Origin: a virus | Lineage: Duplodnaviria > Caudoviricetes | Direction: 5' to 3' (one strand) | DNA: 64,000 bases | IMG/VR virus record: IMGVR_UViG_3300013936_000027 | Coordinates: 956-64,955 of that record | Part shown: piece by piece, positions 21,083 through 33,543 of the stretch | Layout: each line of letters begins with the position of its first letter | Position numbering within the stretch: the first letter of the stretch is position 1 | Position numbers and translations under genes: made by a program | The notes under the pieces: model-generated | Database searches by the model: none | The model's input: the letters and a program-made list of their open reading frames with translations, nothing else | What the model was told of the DNA's origin: nothing

Positions 21083-24000
21083 TATTTCACCTCCACTTCT
21101 TTTTCACACATATTAAATTGTAATCCGCAATAGGCGAACTCACCGTTGCTCTTGGTTGTCAGAGGATAATGTATTGTGTAATTGTTTTTTCTTAATAGAT
21201 TTCTAATAATCGTTGAACCGCATATTTCCCATGCGAATTGTTTTGACCTTTCTTTTGAATAACAAATGTCTAAGATGATATCACATAATTCGTCCTCATT
21301 AGAGCATATTTTTTCGCATTCGATTTGAAAAGCTAATCTTAATGATGATAACCAATCTGCTACATCATCATCGCTATTTTTTTTATTCCAATTGACAATA
21401 TGAAATTTATCAATTTCATCGTTGTATTTTTTATATAATGTAAGTATTTTCTTAAAGGCATCCTTAGAGTATTCTGTTCCGCATTTTAGAATCGAATAAT
21501 CAAAATGTGAATGCTGAGATTTTGTTTGATTCCTTGTGAACGCTTTTTCAAATATCCAAGATATACGGTTTACAACACAATGATTATTCCCTACAGGGAT
21601 TAGCTTATCGTAATAATCGAGATACATAAGCATAGAAACTGTTTTATTATCATATTTTTCTAAATCCTCAATGCTGTTGATTCCATATTGTCTGAATCTC
21701 CTGATGATATCAAGGCGGTTGTTTTCAATATAAGCATTGTTTTCTGATTTTAGTCTTGGATATATGTAAGTCATAAAATAGGGTTTCTTATCAGCGACAA
21801 TCTTGGAGTTAAACTCCTTTTGTTTGGCGACTTCTTCATTATCATCTTCTTTGATTTTGCATTCATGAGAATTATACCAATATGAGGGCATGGGTTTGGC
21901 AATAATTCCTTTAGCTCTATCTCTTTTATACCCTCGGTTTCCCGATATTTATTAGGGGAATAGACTATCTCTTCATCTCTGTTAAGAGATGCAAGGCACT
22001 TCCCATAACGGAATTTCACCATTATAGTACAAACTTCATCTTCTCATAGAGAAGGTATGTTTTAGTCGTTTGACCTTTCAGAATATCACTATCCTGATTT
22101 GGCACTGGATTATCTTGTATGTATTTTATTAAACTTCTTTCCACCTACGGTAAGTGGCTATTAAATATACGGTATACCTTGGAATGTGCATTAATTCTGA
22201 GATTTCTGTATATCCTTTGTTTTCTGTTTCGTGCAGTCTACGAATTTCTTTAACTTGTTCAATGGTATATAATGCACCATTTTTATTGTTTTTCCAACAT
22301 AAATTTTGTTATTTAATTTATTTTTTATTCCGTAAATTCCGTATTCTTTGTATATACTTTTATTATTATACATATTTAGATTTTCCCAGTTAGCCAGTTA
22401 ATACATCATCATTTCCTATGATTACTAAAGCGTTTAACTGACACCCAATATTTATTGGTTCACCTTGTTTTCATCTGTATATCACTACACAGCGCGACTA
22501 TTAAGTTAATCGTATTTTGCTGAAATAATTGTCCGCACATTATTCTATAATCTAAAGTCTTATATTCATCCGATTCAGGGGAATAACCGGATTGAACTTC
22601 AATCATACTGGTTACATGATTAGTAACCACTCCGATATCATCATTAAAAGCCAGTTTGTTTGAGGCTATGATGTCATCTTCTGTTGGTATTTTCTTTGCA
22701 GCCCTTTTCTGAAGGCAGATAATAGTGGGTGAATGTTTTGTCCTATTTACTATAATAGGATTATCTGTACACATGTTTGTATCTCCCAAAAACACCCTCG
22801 GTTTCCCGATATTTATTAGGGGAATAGACTATCTCTTACTATATTCGCAGCATATAGCCTCGGCACTTCCGGCAACAGAATTCCACTACTGCCGTACAGA
22901 ATTCATAGGCAATGTCTATTGATTTAGCCCGTATTTCTTAGTCGTTACACCTTCTACATGTTTCCAAATAGCTTGGCACGGTGTTGTCGTATGAAAGTAT
23001 TTATATAAATTTAAAATAGTAGTTGTAATATTTTCTATTTTTCTTTATGGATAATGAGATTGCTGTTCTGATTGAGTTTACATTTTTTGATTTTGTAATA
23101 TTGTTATCTATTAAGTATTCAGCGCATTCGCCTATCCATTTAAATGTTTTGAGATGATGCATATTTAAATCTATCATCTCAATTTGTTTAGCCATTCCGT
23201 TTTGTTCTTTTGGTCTGGATTGTAATTTCCCAAGTTCGCGATTTGTCGTGTATCTATTATGCAACTTGTGGTTTCCGTAATTGGGGTTCTTTATCCCATA
23301 TCTTTTTGGATATCTTCCGAGTTTTGCTGAGTGTTTTATATTATCATAATGGCTACACCATTCCAAATTGTTTACATTGTTGTTTTGTCTATTACAATCC
23401 TTGTGATTTACTTCTGGTAATTTTAATGGATTGGGGATAAAAGCTTGAGCAACCAGTCTATGAATAGGAATTGATTTTGAAGTTCTATTTAAATTTAATT
23501 TCGCAATATAATATCCGTCACTATTCTGCCTTTTACTCATAATTCGTTCTTTTCTTTTTTGAACAACGCCATTCCGTTCTACTATTCTTTCAAGACTTTT
23601 TACATTCCCAAGATTACTTATTTGGTAATAACCAATGTACCCATCTATATCTTTCCATATTTCCTCCATATAGCTCCTTTCCTTAATTTATAAATACTTT
23701 CACTTAGATGTTCACCGTTAGCAATTACATTTGCCAATATGTAATTACACCCTATATGTATAGGTTCACCGAGTTTTACAAGAACCGAAATTAATCCTTG
23801 TCCGCGCCATTTTCTGCCTCACAAGCAGAATCCCAGCTGTTGTATATTAGCGCGGTAGTTATATACTGATACCAATGTTTTATGTCTTCACCTTTTGCGA
23901 GTTTCATTCTTCTGATGTTATTTTTGCATGTCATTGGGGCACGGAAACAAGCGATTTCGTCTGCACCCCTATCCATCCAATATTTATGGTAAACCTCACC

Positions 24001-25452
24001 CTTCTTTAATAGCCCTGTGACATCCAGTCCAAAAATGCTTTGTGCGAGAGAATACGGGTCTCCGGATATCATTGCATAGTTCGCATTTATTCTTACTGCT
24101 CCGCGTTTACCCATTTCAATGCGTCTCTTTATCATGTGCTTAATTTTATTGCGAATAAAAGGGTCGTTAATCATTCGGTGGTCAATCATCAACGCTTTTA
24201 CATAGAATTCCAGATTGTCATTGAATGCATTTCTATCATTGAGACCGAATCCGGCAAGAAAAGCAAGACTCTTTCTATAATCAAGCCCGATAACATCCTT
24301 AATCTCATCTATTGTCGGCTGACATAATTCGACAAGTTCATCATCCGAAAAATCATAGCTTTGAAGAAATTGATAATTTGTGTCTCGAACATTTTCTAAT
24401 TCATCAGGAGTAGTCTTTGTTGTGGAAAACTGATAATGATTTTTCTCGCAATTAGAGTAATAATCCTCCCAATTTTTATAGCTGTCCCAAAGCTTGAGCA
24501 TTGAAGCTGTAAGAATAACTTCTGCATCCCTAACATCTCGTTTGTCACCCCAAACATCAGTGACCTCATATGTGTCAGCTACCGTTTCAGCAAATTCAAT
24601 GTAGTCGAATGTATAAAGCATTCCCTTATTCCATGCGTATCGTGTATTCATGCCGGATATTGTTTCAGAGTTGCCGGTGAGATATTCATTAACTCTTTTA
24701 GAATAGGATGGGAGCATTAGACCGTAGCCATCAGAATCATTATGTTCGATTTCGTAGTCTTTTTCATAAGTTAAGAGAGGTTCGCCATCCGTTTCATCAT
24801 TTATAAGAATTACATCCTCTTTAAATTTAGTAATACAATCATTAACAACAATAATTCCGTTTGGTTTTGGGAGAGGAATTGACCCGGAACAGATAAGTGC
24901 CTGATATGCCTCTAATTTCGCAGGAACTAATTCCTTGCTTTTGTCTCTGCCGTTATCCAATCGTTTTTTTAATTCAGGGTAGATGTTTTCATTGACATAT
25001 ACAATGGTCGAGTTCTTGATTCCACCATTCGTGCCGAGAAATCGTCTGTATTTAATTGTGCAGTCACCATAATCAATACTAAAGCCTTTATTGGCTCTGT
25101 CATAGTCTGATTCACTATTCATAACAACACAAATGTAATCCTTCTGAAACTGTAGGGCATAAAGAATGTCATAGTAGTTTTTGATAAGCATTTTGGTTTC
25201 CCGACTTCTCGGTTGCTTTTTTATGTCTTTAATCTTTTTCTGAATGTTACGAACTTTATCGTTAATATCATTAATACCGTTAATTTCGTCAATAAAGCGT
25301 AAGCACTGGCTGTCACTGAGTGAAACTATTATTTCAGGACAGCGTTTCATTGCATCCTTTAGCGACAGCGTAAGTTCCCATTTTTCTTTTTTTAATTGTT
25401 TACTTTCAATCTTATATATAAACCTTTGTACGCTTTTTTGCTGCAAATGCAT
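21082..25452 (-). CDS. YonO-like single-subunit RNA polymerase, three exons (25452-23794, 22786-22509, 21922-21082; about 925 aa spliced)
   Basis: Splicing restores NGADKD|GD (DxDGD) and QNTI|DRAKG; FRAP motif; exon total 2778 nt is a multiple of 3. Confidence 0.85.
21923..22508 (-). mobile_element. Group I intron 2 in the RNAP gene
   Basis: P1 CGAU/GUCG with U-G pair at the splice site; AAGAGATAGTCT S element; terminal G before A-GAT-AGA. Confidence 0.85.
22154..22373 (-). pseudogene. Internally deleted GIY-YIG homing endonuclease in intron 2
   Basis: YGIYGIKNKLNNKIYVGKT N-terminus joined out of frame to an HTH-like C-terminal remnant. Confidence 0.75.
22787..23793 (-). mobile_element. Group I intron 1 in the RNAP gene, carrying an HNH homing endonuclease
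   Basis: P1 CAAGGAU/GUUCUUG with U-G pair at the splice site; core elements CCGTGCCAAG, GTAACGACTA, AAGAGATAGTCT; terminal G. Confidence 0.9.
23001..23669 (-). CDS. NUMOD4-HNH homing endonuclease (intron-encoded)
   Basis: WKDIDGYIGYYQISNLG (NUMOD4); HRLVAQAF...VNHKDCNRQNNNVNNLEW (HNH). Confidence 0.9.
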   Translation of the reverse strand: MEEIWKDIDGYIGYYQISNLGNVKSLERIVERNGVVQKRKERIMSKRQNSDGYYIAKLNLNRTSKSIPIHRLVAQAFIPNPLKLPEVNHKDCNRQNNNVNNLEWCSHYDNIKHSAKLGRYPKRYGIKNPNYGNHKLHNRYTTNRELGKLQSRPKEQNGMAKQIEMIDLNMHHLKTFKWIGECAEYLIDNNITKSKNVNSIRTAISLSIKKNRKYYNYYFKFI

Positions 25453-25513
25453 TCCTCCTGTTTTTTATATTTTTAACCACAAGGTCATAAATGATTATAT
25501 GTATTTTTCTATC

Positions 25514-25858
25514 TTATTTATTAAGGCTTAATTTAAAGCAGCCATCTTCCGGCAGCCACTCAGCTTTTAATCGGTCATGTTCATATTTCAATAAATCTTC
25601 AATTTGATAAATATGATAACAGTAATCAATTTCTCCGCGTCTAATGGTAGATAACATGTCATTAATTCCATCACAATAATATTGATATTGCGTCTTACCA
25701 TGATATGTACCATTAAGGTGATATGATTCAGGAATGATTTTCATTTTGCTTAACGAAGATGGTTGTATAACCTCTTTGATGTACAGAAAATCTTGTTGCC
25801 ATTGTGCATCAGAATACCCTTTGGGTATTTTTTTAATTCTCTTATTAATTACATTCAT
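25514..25858 (-). CDS. Hypothetical protein leading the RNAP operon
   Basis: RBS GGAGG; 114 aa. Confidence 0.6.
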   Translation of the reverse strand: MNVINKRIKKIPKGYSDAQWQQDFLYIKEVIQPSSLSKMKIIPESYHLNGTYHGKTQYQYYCDGINDMLSTIRRGEIDYCYHIYQIEDLLKYEHDRLKAEWLPEDGCFKLSLNK

Positions 25859-25970
25859 CCGTATTTAACCTCCCTTCTTTAAATTTCAGATGTAAATATA
25901 CTCCCTCTCTCAATAACCACCAGAGGGATTTCTTTTTTTATCATTATTATTTCCTTTGCTAACAGGGCTT

Positions 25971-25999
25971 ATTATAGCACAAGGTTGAAACTATGTCAA
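25971..25999 (-). promoter_or_regulatory. Consensus sigmaA promoter of the RNAP operon
   Basis: TTGACA-17 bp-TATAAT with TG extension on the minus strand. Confidence 0.85.
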
Positions 26000-26199
26000 G
26001 GGGTTTTTCTAAATTATTTATAAAGCTTCTCATTTTCTTGTTTTCTCCGGCTGCATAGAAGAATAATCATGCTATATATAAGACCGCATAAGGCTCTACA
26101 ATGAGTTTTTAATATCAGATAGTATACTAAGTTATCAAATTGCAAAAACACTTTAGGAAAGCTTGTGTAAAGCGTGAGCGGGTGATGTATTGGCAAGAC

Positions 26200-27740
26200 T
26201 GCATCTTTAATCCTCTCATAGTTGTAAGGGGGGTATTTTCTATAAGTATTTTATATAGAGAATTCCCCCCCCTTTAGCAATATAGTATTATACTTAAATA
26301 GCTGAATACCCCCTATTCTCTATATAATATATTATAGAAAAAGGGGGTATAAGACATATTTAAATGAACAATTAATCGTAGAAGGTGAAACCACCGAGGA
26401 AATAGGCTTATGGTTTAGGTATTACTATATATTATAATATAATATTTTTATTATTTTTTTTATTTATATTATTATATGTATTACTTCTATAACAGTATTA
26501 ATTCTCTTTATAGTATTAATTCAATAATAGTATTACCCTTTAATAGTATTAATACTGTAATAGCATAATATAGTATTAAATCTATAATAGTATTAATGTC
26601 TTTAATACTATTCTTGAAGGTATATTATTAATGTTAGAATAGTATTAATCAAGAATAGTACCGTTGGTCTATTGCTTTTATGAGCAATTTACCAACGAAA
26701 CAAGCAATTTTAATTGCGCGTTAGTCTAATACTTGTATTAATCCTTAATAATCACAGAAGGAATATAGTTTAGTATAATCCAATAAGCTAATAATCATCA
26801 GGTTTATTATTATTGTCTTGGTGTTGTAGATTATTAGGTTATTGCAGACGATAGTCTGTTAAATCTTAAAGAACAGTATTATGTTTTGACAGACGGTCAA
26901 TAAACACAAAGCTCACCTTGTGGTTTCGCTTTGGTTTATTATCTAATAAAGAAAATAATTATTTTAATACTATACCTTTGTGTATAAAATTTATTTCCTG
27001 ATTTCCAAATATCAGTTCCAATATTAACATTTATCCTTTTTGCAGGTTAAAATTCAATACTTTTAAACCAATTTTCGGAGTAAAAATCCTTAATATTATA
27101 CCTGATTTTAGTTCCGAAAATCAACTTTCTGATATAATTTACCTGATTTTGAGTGTAACAATATTCATTATGAAATTAATTATATTCAATAATTGAGTGA
27201 TTGAATTGTATAAAAAATGTATAGAATGAGGTGTGTTTTAATGATAGTATCGGTATACCGAAAATTCGTGATTATATTATTCAATAATTGAGGATTTACA
27301 TCTTCAGAATCTTGTTTTCGGTAAAATACGAATTTGTTATAAAACTCCGAAAGATTGAGGGTTTGTACTATTATATTCACTTTTTCGGTAACTGCGAAAG
27401 ATTGAGGGTTTGTAGGGGATATAAAAAAATGAATATTTATTAAAGGTTGAGAGTGAAGGAGAACACATTACTAATATTTTATTACATTCTAATTCCGTCC
27501 GGATGTAAACTAACCCCCCTATTATTGAATAGTTTTTTTGACAAGTCTATAATTGTACCAAAATATAGACTTGCATTTTTGTGTATTTTGCTTTAGTGTA
27601 TTAAAGTAATAAAGTAATTTGACCGCATCCGGATGCAATTATAAATTTGCTTTTTTTCGGTACGCTTATTTACTCTAATGCATTAGAGTAAAAAGAATTT
27701 TACTTTGGTTAATTTTGGTACAAAAAAATTAAAAAAATTC
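26200..27740. repeat. AT-rich non-coding region with iteron-like repeats and palindromes (putative origin or genome-end region)
   Basis: At least 7 TAGTATTA copies (26283-26650); AAAGATTGAGGGTTTGTA twice (about 27349 and 27397); G/C-clamped hairpins at 26228-26350; perfect 24-bp palindrome at 27669-27692. Confidence 0.6.
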
Positions 27741-27750
27741 AAAAAAGCTA

Positions 27751-27901
27751 TTGACATACTGTTATCAGTGTGCTATAATATAGCCACAAACAAAACAACA
27801 GCGCATCATGCTACAAGTTTGGCGACTCTACATGATACGCTGTCCACAAAACAAAAAGAGTTTTGCTTTAATATTATATTATTAAACACTCTTTTTGTCA
27901 A
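27751..27901. promoter_or_regulatory. Convergent sigmaA promoter pair enclosing a hairpin leader
   Basis: Plus strand TTGACA(27751)-17-TATAAT; minus strand TTGACA(27901)-17-TATAAT(27878-27873); hairpin 27797-27844 with TTTGGCG loop. Confidence 0.8.
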
Positions 27902-27920
27902 GTATAAGGAGTGTTATTTT

Positions 27921-30900
27921 TATGTTCAAAACAGTATTAACCGTCGGCTTGTTCGATAAGGACACCGAAACACAATTAATTAATTCTAATGAGGCAAAAA
28001 AAATAATATCATCAATATTGATTGATAAAAATAATATTTTTGCATTCACAATGATTGATTGTTCCGGCGTTTATAAAATGCAGTCAACCGACTGCATCGT
28101 GTATGAGCCATCAATCAGGATTGAAATTGCAACAGATAAAATGATTGATTATAAAAAAATAACATCTGAATTAAAAAGCGAATTGAATCAGGAGTCAATC
28201 ATGGTTGACATCAGCGAATCAAACATCATCTTTGAATAAGGGGGCTACAACATGTTATACAGCGAATTCATAAACGGTACAGGATGCCGAGATACAGAAC
28301 AGAACTATAACATATATAAGGGGCTTGAGCTTGTATATATGAGCACTGAGATATCAAAAAATGATATCTATAAATTAGGTAAACGATTGGTGAATAATGA
28401 GCTTACAGAATCACAGAAGGTGCATAATGCACAGATAGCAAATGAGATGCAGCAATTGATGCAAGAGATATCAAACATGCAATCATGGCTTGATATCACA
28501 CCTTGGGGTGAGACTGAATCAATTAAATATTATGAGCGTGAGATTAAATCTCACAAGCAAAAAATCAAGCAATTAAAAAGTTTAATAATAAAGTAATAAT
28601 AACACGCTGTGCTATCGGCGATACGGGCAGGAGGTTAACATCATGTATAAATCTATTTTAAATTTAAAGCACAGGCTTGAAATAATCGGGGTTGATTTTG
28701 ATTTCGGTAATGCTTACGATGGCTATTATTTGATTGTTGATAATTTTTCAATTATTCAACATAAATATAGCTATGGTTTAGAACTCTGTGATAAGAGTTA
28801 TGAATTTTGGTGGTCAGAGCCGGATGCAATTCAGCACTATTTAACAGTCAATGAAGCATTAAAGATTATGGGAATATGAGAGGAGCAAAAAATCATGTCA
28901 AGAAACATAAAGCCCGAATACATTAACAGAATCAGGGCGATTGAAGCCCCTAACGGCTACAGATTCGATATTGAAAATTATCTTTATAATCCGTCATTTG
29001 ATTATGATTATCCGTCGTTTATTAAAAAGATTTCGGAGACCGACAACACGGAAACATTCAGACGCGTTTATTATTTTAAACACTATAATGGTAACGGTGA
29101 ATATTTAGCCGAAACATTCACACGGAAAAAGAACGGCGAATCATGGCAGGTTGCAACGAATAGAAATGAAACCGCCCTTGAAGCCTCTAACCGATTCAAT
29201 ATAAAAAAGTTGTTGACATTCTGTACAGAATAAGCAGATAGCCGAGGGCGGCGGCAAAACCGCCCGAAATTTAAAAGAAAAAAGGGATATAAAAATGATT
29301 CTGGAAATTGGAAAAAGTTATGTGGAGAGATTTTACAATGGGAATTTAAATGCAGCGGTCAAAGCGGAAGATGGAACGTTATGGACTGATGAAAGAATAA
29401 AAGCCGCTTTTAATTTTGGGAATGGTAGAAAATCAGACCTAAAAAAATACATGGAAAATAACAGAAGTTTAGCATACTTTGTTAAAGTAAAGGTCAACCC
29501 GATGTGCGAGAATTGTGGAAAATATGGCGGCGAATGTTACGATACAACGGAAAAGGTATGGACTGGCTGCGTTTACAAAACGCCGAAGAACTGAGGGGGA
29601 AAGCGATGGTAGGAAAATTTGAATTGTTTTTCGGATGCCTCGGCAATGGAACAACGGTATGTAATAAGGCAGTAGAGGAAAATGGAGATTATAAAAAAAT
29701 CGCCCACATCTCAGAGGGTGGAAACATCCGGCTATATGTTGCTGAGTCGTATATTCCTACCGCCGAAATGGAAAAAATCAAAGCGATGGCAAGTAGAGAT
29801 AAGATGGAATTTATAAAGAGGTTTGAAAGTTTGTCGGAAATTGAACAGTATTCAAGAATACTTGATAGAACACCACATCCGAAATTTATGGAATTTATCA
29901 AAGATGAACGACCTCTGACGAAAAAATTGCCTGCGATGCGCAATTATTTTTACAGCATAGTATAAAAGCAAAGGAGAAGAATCAGCATGACTAAGTTAAT
30001 AACAATATACGGGATATCAAGCAAATTTGCCTTTGGAGAATGGCATAATTCCGTCCATGCGTTTTATAGCAGAGAGGATGCAATAAAATGGTTGCATACT
30101 GAGGAGTATGATTTTCGGGAACGCGAATTATTAACGAAGAGCGAGGCAATAAAAAAGGTCGGAAAGAATGCGGTTAAAAATGCTATAATACACGACATTA
30201 TTTTTAAGAGTGGAAAAAAATAATATAGAAAAATTTCAAAATTATTATTGACGTAGCGAAACATCCGTGTTATAGTATAAACACATTGAAAGAGGAGCGG
30301 AAAATATGATAAAAGCCACATCAACACAATTTGAGAGTTTAAAGGAAAAGATGATTAAACGCGGAGCATCCACGGAATATTTGACTCCGGAGGTATTGGA
30401 TATCATTCTTAATGATAGAATTAATGCAGCGGAAATTCTCCTAAAGAACGGAAATATTCAGAGCTTTTTCAAAAAAAGTCCGACGATTCAGACGGAATTT
30501 TATAAAAAAAACTCATGCGCTTATTGCGTTCTATTGGAAATTCTGGAATCGATGAAAACACAATATATAGTAGGCATTTCGCTTGAAGATTACGGCGGTG
30601 TTTTTGAGGAAAATGTTATTGCCGATAATCCGGAACAGGCTAAGATATTAGGCTTAAAAAGCTTTTACGAAAATCACTCAGCATTTAAAAAGGAAAAAAT
30701 CAAATCGGTAACAGTGTTATAAATAGATATATTTTTTTTGTGATTAAAAATAAGATAGAATAATACAAAAAGATAAGATTTGAAAGGAGCGGAAAATATG
30801 ACAACGGTACATATAATTCAAACAGCAATAGAGGTTATCATAGCTCTATTGTTAATAATCGGAGTTTTAAATGAGGAGAAATTAATCGCAGTGGAAAATA

Positions 30901-33208
30901 TGATAATTAATAGTATCAAGGAATATATTAAAAACCAGAGAAAAAGGAGAAATTAAAATGTTAAAAAACTCGGAAATTACAGTTGCATTTTGTTCAGTAT
31001 GCGATATCGCGGATGTACTTATTGAGAGTATTAAAAGCGGAAAATATGAAGAAATAACGCTTGATTTCTGTGATATGTCAGAATCTGAAATAGCTGTTGG
31101 ATATGAACTGTCATCTTGGTTTGGTTTTCATGCGAAGAAGGAATTTGACACATCAATAATCTCAGTAGGGTACTATGGTGGCGGATATTACGCAGCAACG
31201 GAATTTAATCCGAATGAAGATAGTAAAGAGGATTTGGTTGCTTGGTTGATTTCAACCTTTAGCGAATGTCTTGAAACTTTTGACGGAAAATCAATTTGTC
31301 TTGATGTTACAAAGATTCTTCCTGAGGAGGAAAATGAGGAATGAAAACACTTGCAGATTTAAAGAGAGATGCAGCAAACGGAAAAATTAAACTTGAATTA
31401 ATTGAAAGATACGGAAAGGGTGAAGCGGAATTTCCGGAAAGACTCCGAGGAATCAGAACAGTTTGTCGGGTAAATACCGTTGCCATCTTCTTAGCTAATG
31501 AGAATGGGATGGAAAGTGAATTGCGATTTAACTCTGCAAAACTGGTTGAGTATGACGGAAAATCTCTCATCATATATGCAGCAGGAGAAAGAGACTTGAC
31601 CGAGCAGGAACGGAAAATCCTCTCTGACTGGCAGAAAATTGAAGATAATTATTACAAGAGGAATCCTTATGGTGATGCTTATTGGAAAAAGAAGGACTAT
31701 TTTAAAAACTGTTCCTGCCCTTGGCTCTCCGGCTATGAGATAGTAAGAGGAAAATACTATACCTATAAGGGGAAAATCCTTGATAATCAAATTAAAGGTG
31801 ATGTGATTTTGAAATATCGAGTTTACGCGCAGTAAGGAGCGGAATTTATGAATATTAGATTAGAAGATACATTATGGGTTATAAATGACGGAGAATATAT
31901 TATCGGCGAAGGAGAGAACACATCATATGTTGTAAGCAATTACGATGGGGAAACGGTATATTCAAGTGATGACTTCGAAAAATGCTTGTGCTGGATTTTT
32001 AATAGCATTTAAGGTGGACTGATACAATGGAAGAAACGGCAAAAGAAAAGGAAAATCGTATATTTAATCACTATAAAATGATACTTGAAAAAGATGCAAA
32101 TACAAATGGAGAAATTCGCTTTATCGTGATTGAATATATGTGTAAGATTTCACACATAAATCCATATCTTATGGCTAAGCGTTTGTTGTTAGATGGATAT
32201 GTAATTATATTTGATGATACATCTATTTCTATGGTAGATAATGTCGCCAAACGAAAAAGGGTATATAGTTAATAAAAAACAAGGAGTATTACAATGAAAA
32301 ATACAGTAGTTTTAGAGATGATTAACGACGGGAAAATTGACCGTCTCAAAGAGCTTTTACAAGAAGAAATATATAAAGATAGTTTAAAAGGTAACGGAAA
32401 TTCTAATCAGCGATATTCAGCAATGAAAAGATTTTTTAAATATGGCGATGCTTCTGCTGCTTATAATCCCGATTCCATTAGATATCCATGTTTGGATGTC
32501 GAAATTGGGAATGAAGTATATAATTCTTTTTGTGATTCTCGTTGCTTTGCTTTAACAACGGAAAATATAGGTACTATAAACACTTTTGATAAATCAAAAT
32601 ATAAATACTTTGATATGAATAGCATTGTTAATTTTGATACAGAAAGCAAGGAAAGTTTGAATTTAAATCGTGTTCTGGCGGATGCGAAATCAAAGGGATA
32701 TCAATATAAAAAATCAGAGTTTGAAAAGTATTTTATTAGATATAAGGATACATATTATAGGGTTGAACTTTTGGATAAAGCTTATAGCATAGTCAACGAT
32801 GGCGAGCTTGCAGAAGTGTATTATAACGGAAAAGTTAGTGTCCTGCTAATCAAAACAAGTATCGGAATTGCCGGAGTTATGCCGATTAGATTGGTTGACT
32901 TTAAAGACGAATATGTTATTATAGATGTTCATTGATAGCAGTATTCAAATATGAAGATAACAAAAACAGCTGCGGACGCAGCTAATTATACACAGAGAAA
33001 GATAAAAGCAAACATAGGATGTAATAAATGTCCTTTCTGCGGAGAAACGAAATCGAATCTTCAATATATAAAAGAAGGTAACCAGAACAAAGGAATATCC
33101 ACAGGATTTAAACACTGGTGCGAAGGATTTTTTCGTTCGAGATATATGCAATGTGACACTTATTCTTGTTATACTTGCGGAGCAGAATGGGAAAGTGAAC
33201 CGTATTGA
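27921..33208 (+). CDS. Cluster of about 15 small early hypothetical genes
   Basis: Tightly packed plus-strand ORFs with RBS (e.g. 27921-28239, 28252-28596, 28895-29233, 29624-29965, 30306-30722, 31341-31835, 32294-32935, 32951-33208); internal promoter TTGACG at 30248. No functions recognised. Confidence 0.7.
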
Positions 33209-33543
33209 CGGATTCATGATAATAAAAGCCAAGTTTTATTAATATTTTTTGTCTGACCTGAAGGAATTTTTGACCAGCCACAGATTGATTTTTGAAATTA
33301 TTTAGAGCTGACAAAAAAATATAGTGTATCGACCATCCGGCAAGATGGAACGATACACTATATAGAGAAGCATATAGATTCTATAGGTATCTTTATCTAA
33401 CGCGATGCTAATAATACATCATTTGTTCTTTTTTTTGTCAAGTGCTTTTTTGTTAAAAAAAGATAGTTTGCATCGGATAATATTGATTTTTCATCTTATT
33501 TATATTATAATTAACAAAAATAATAAATTAGGATGAGCTGGTT

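Noticed and set aside
22460-22795. Standalone 111-aa and 269-aa (21082-21891) genes
   Set aside because: They are exons 2 and 3 of the RNA polymerase gene.
26480-26660. Possible CRISPR array in the TAGTATTA repeat zone
   Set aside because: Repeats are 8-11 bp with irregular short spacing, and no cas genes are present.
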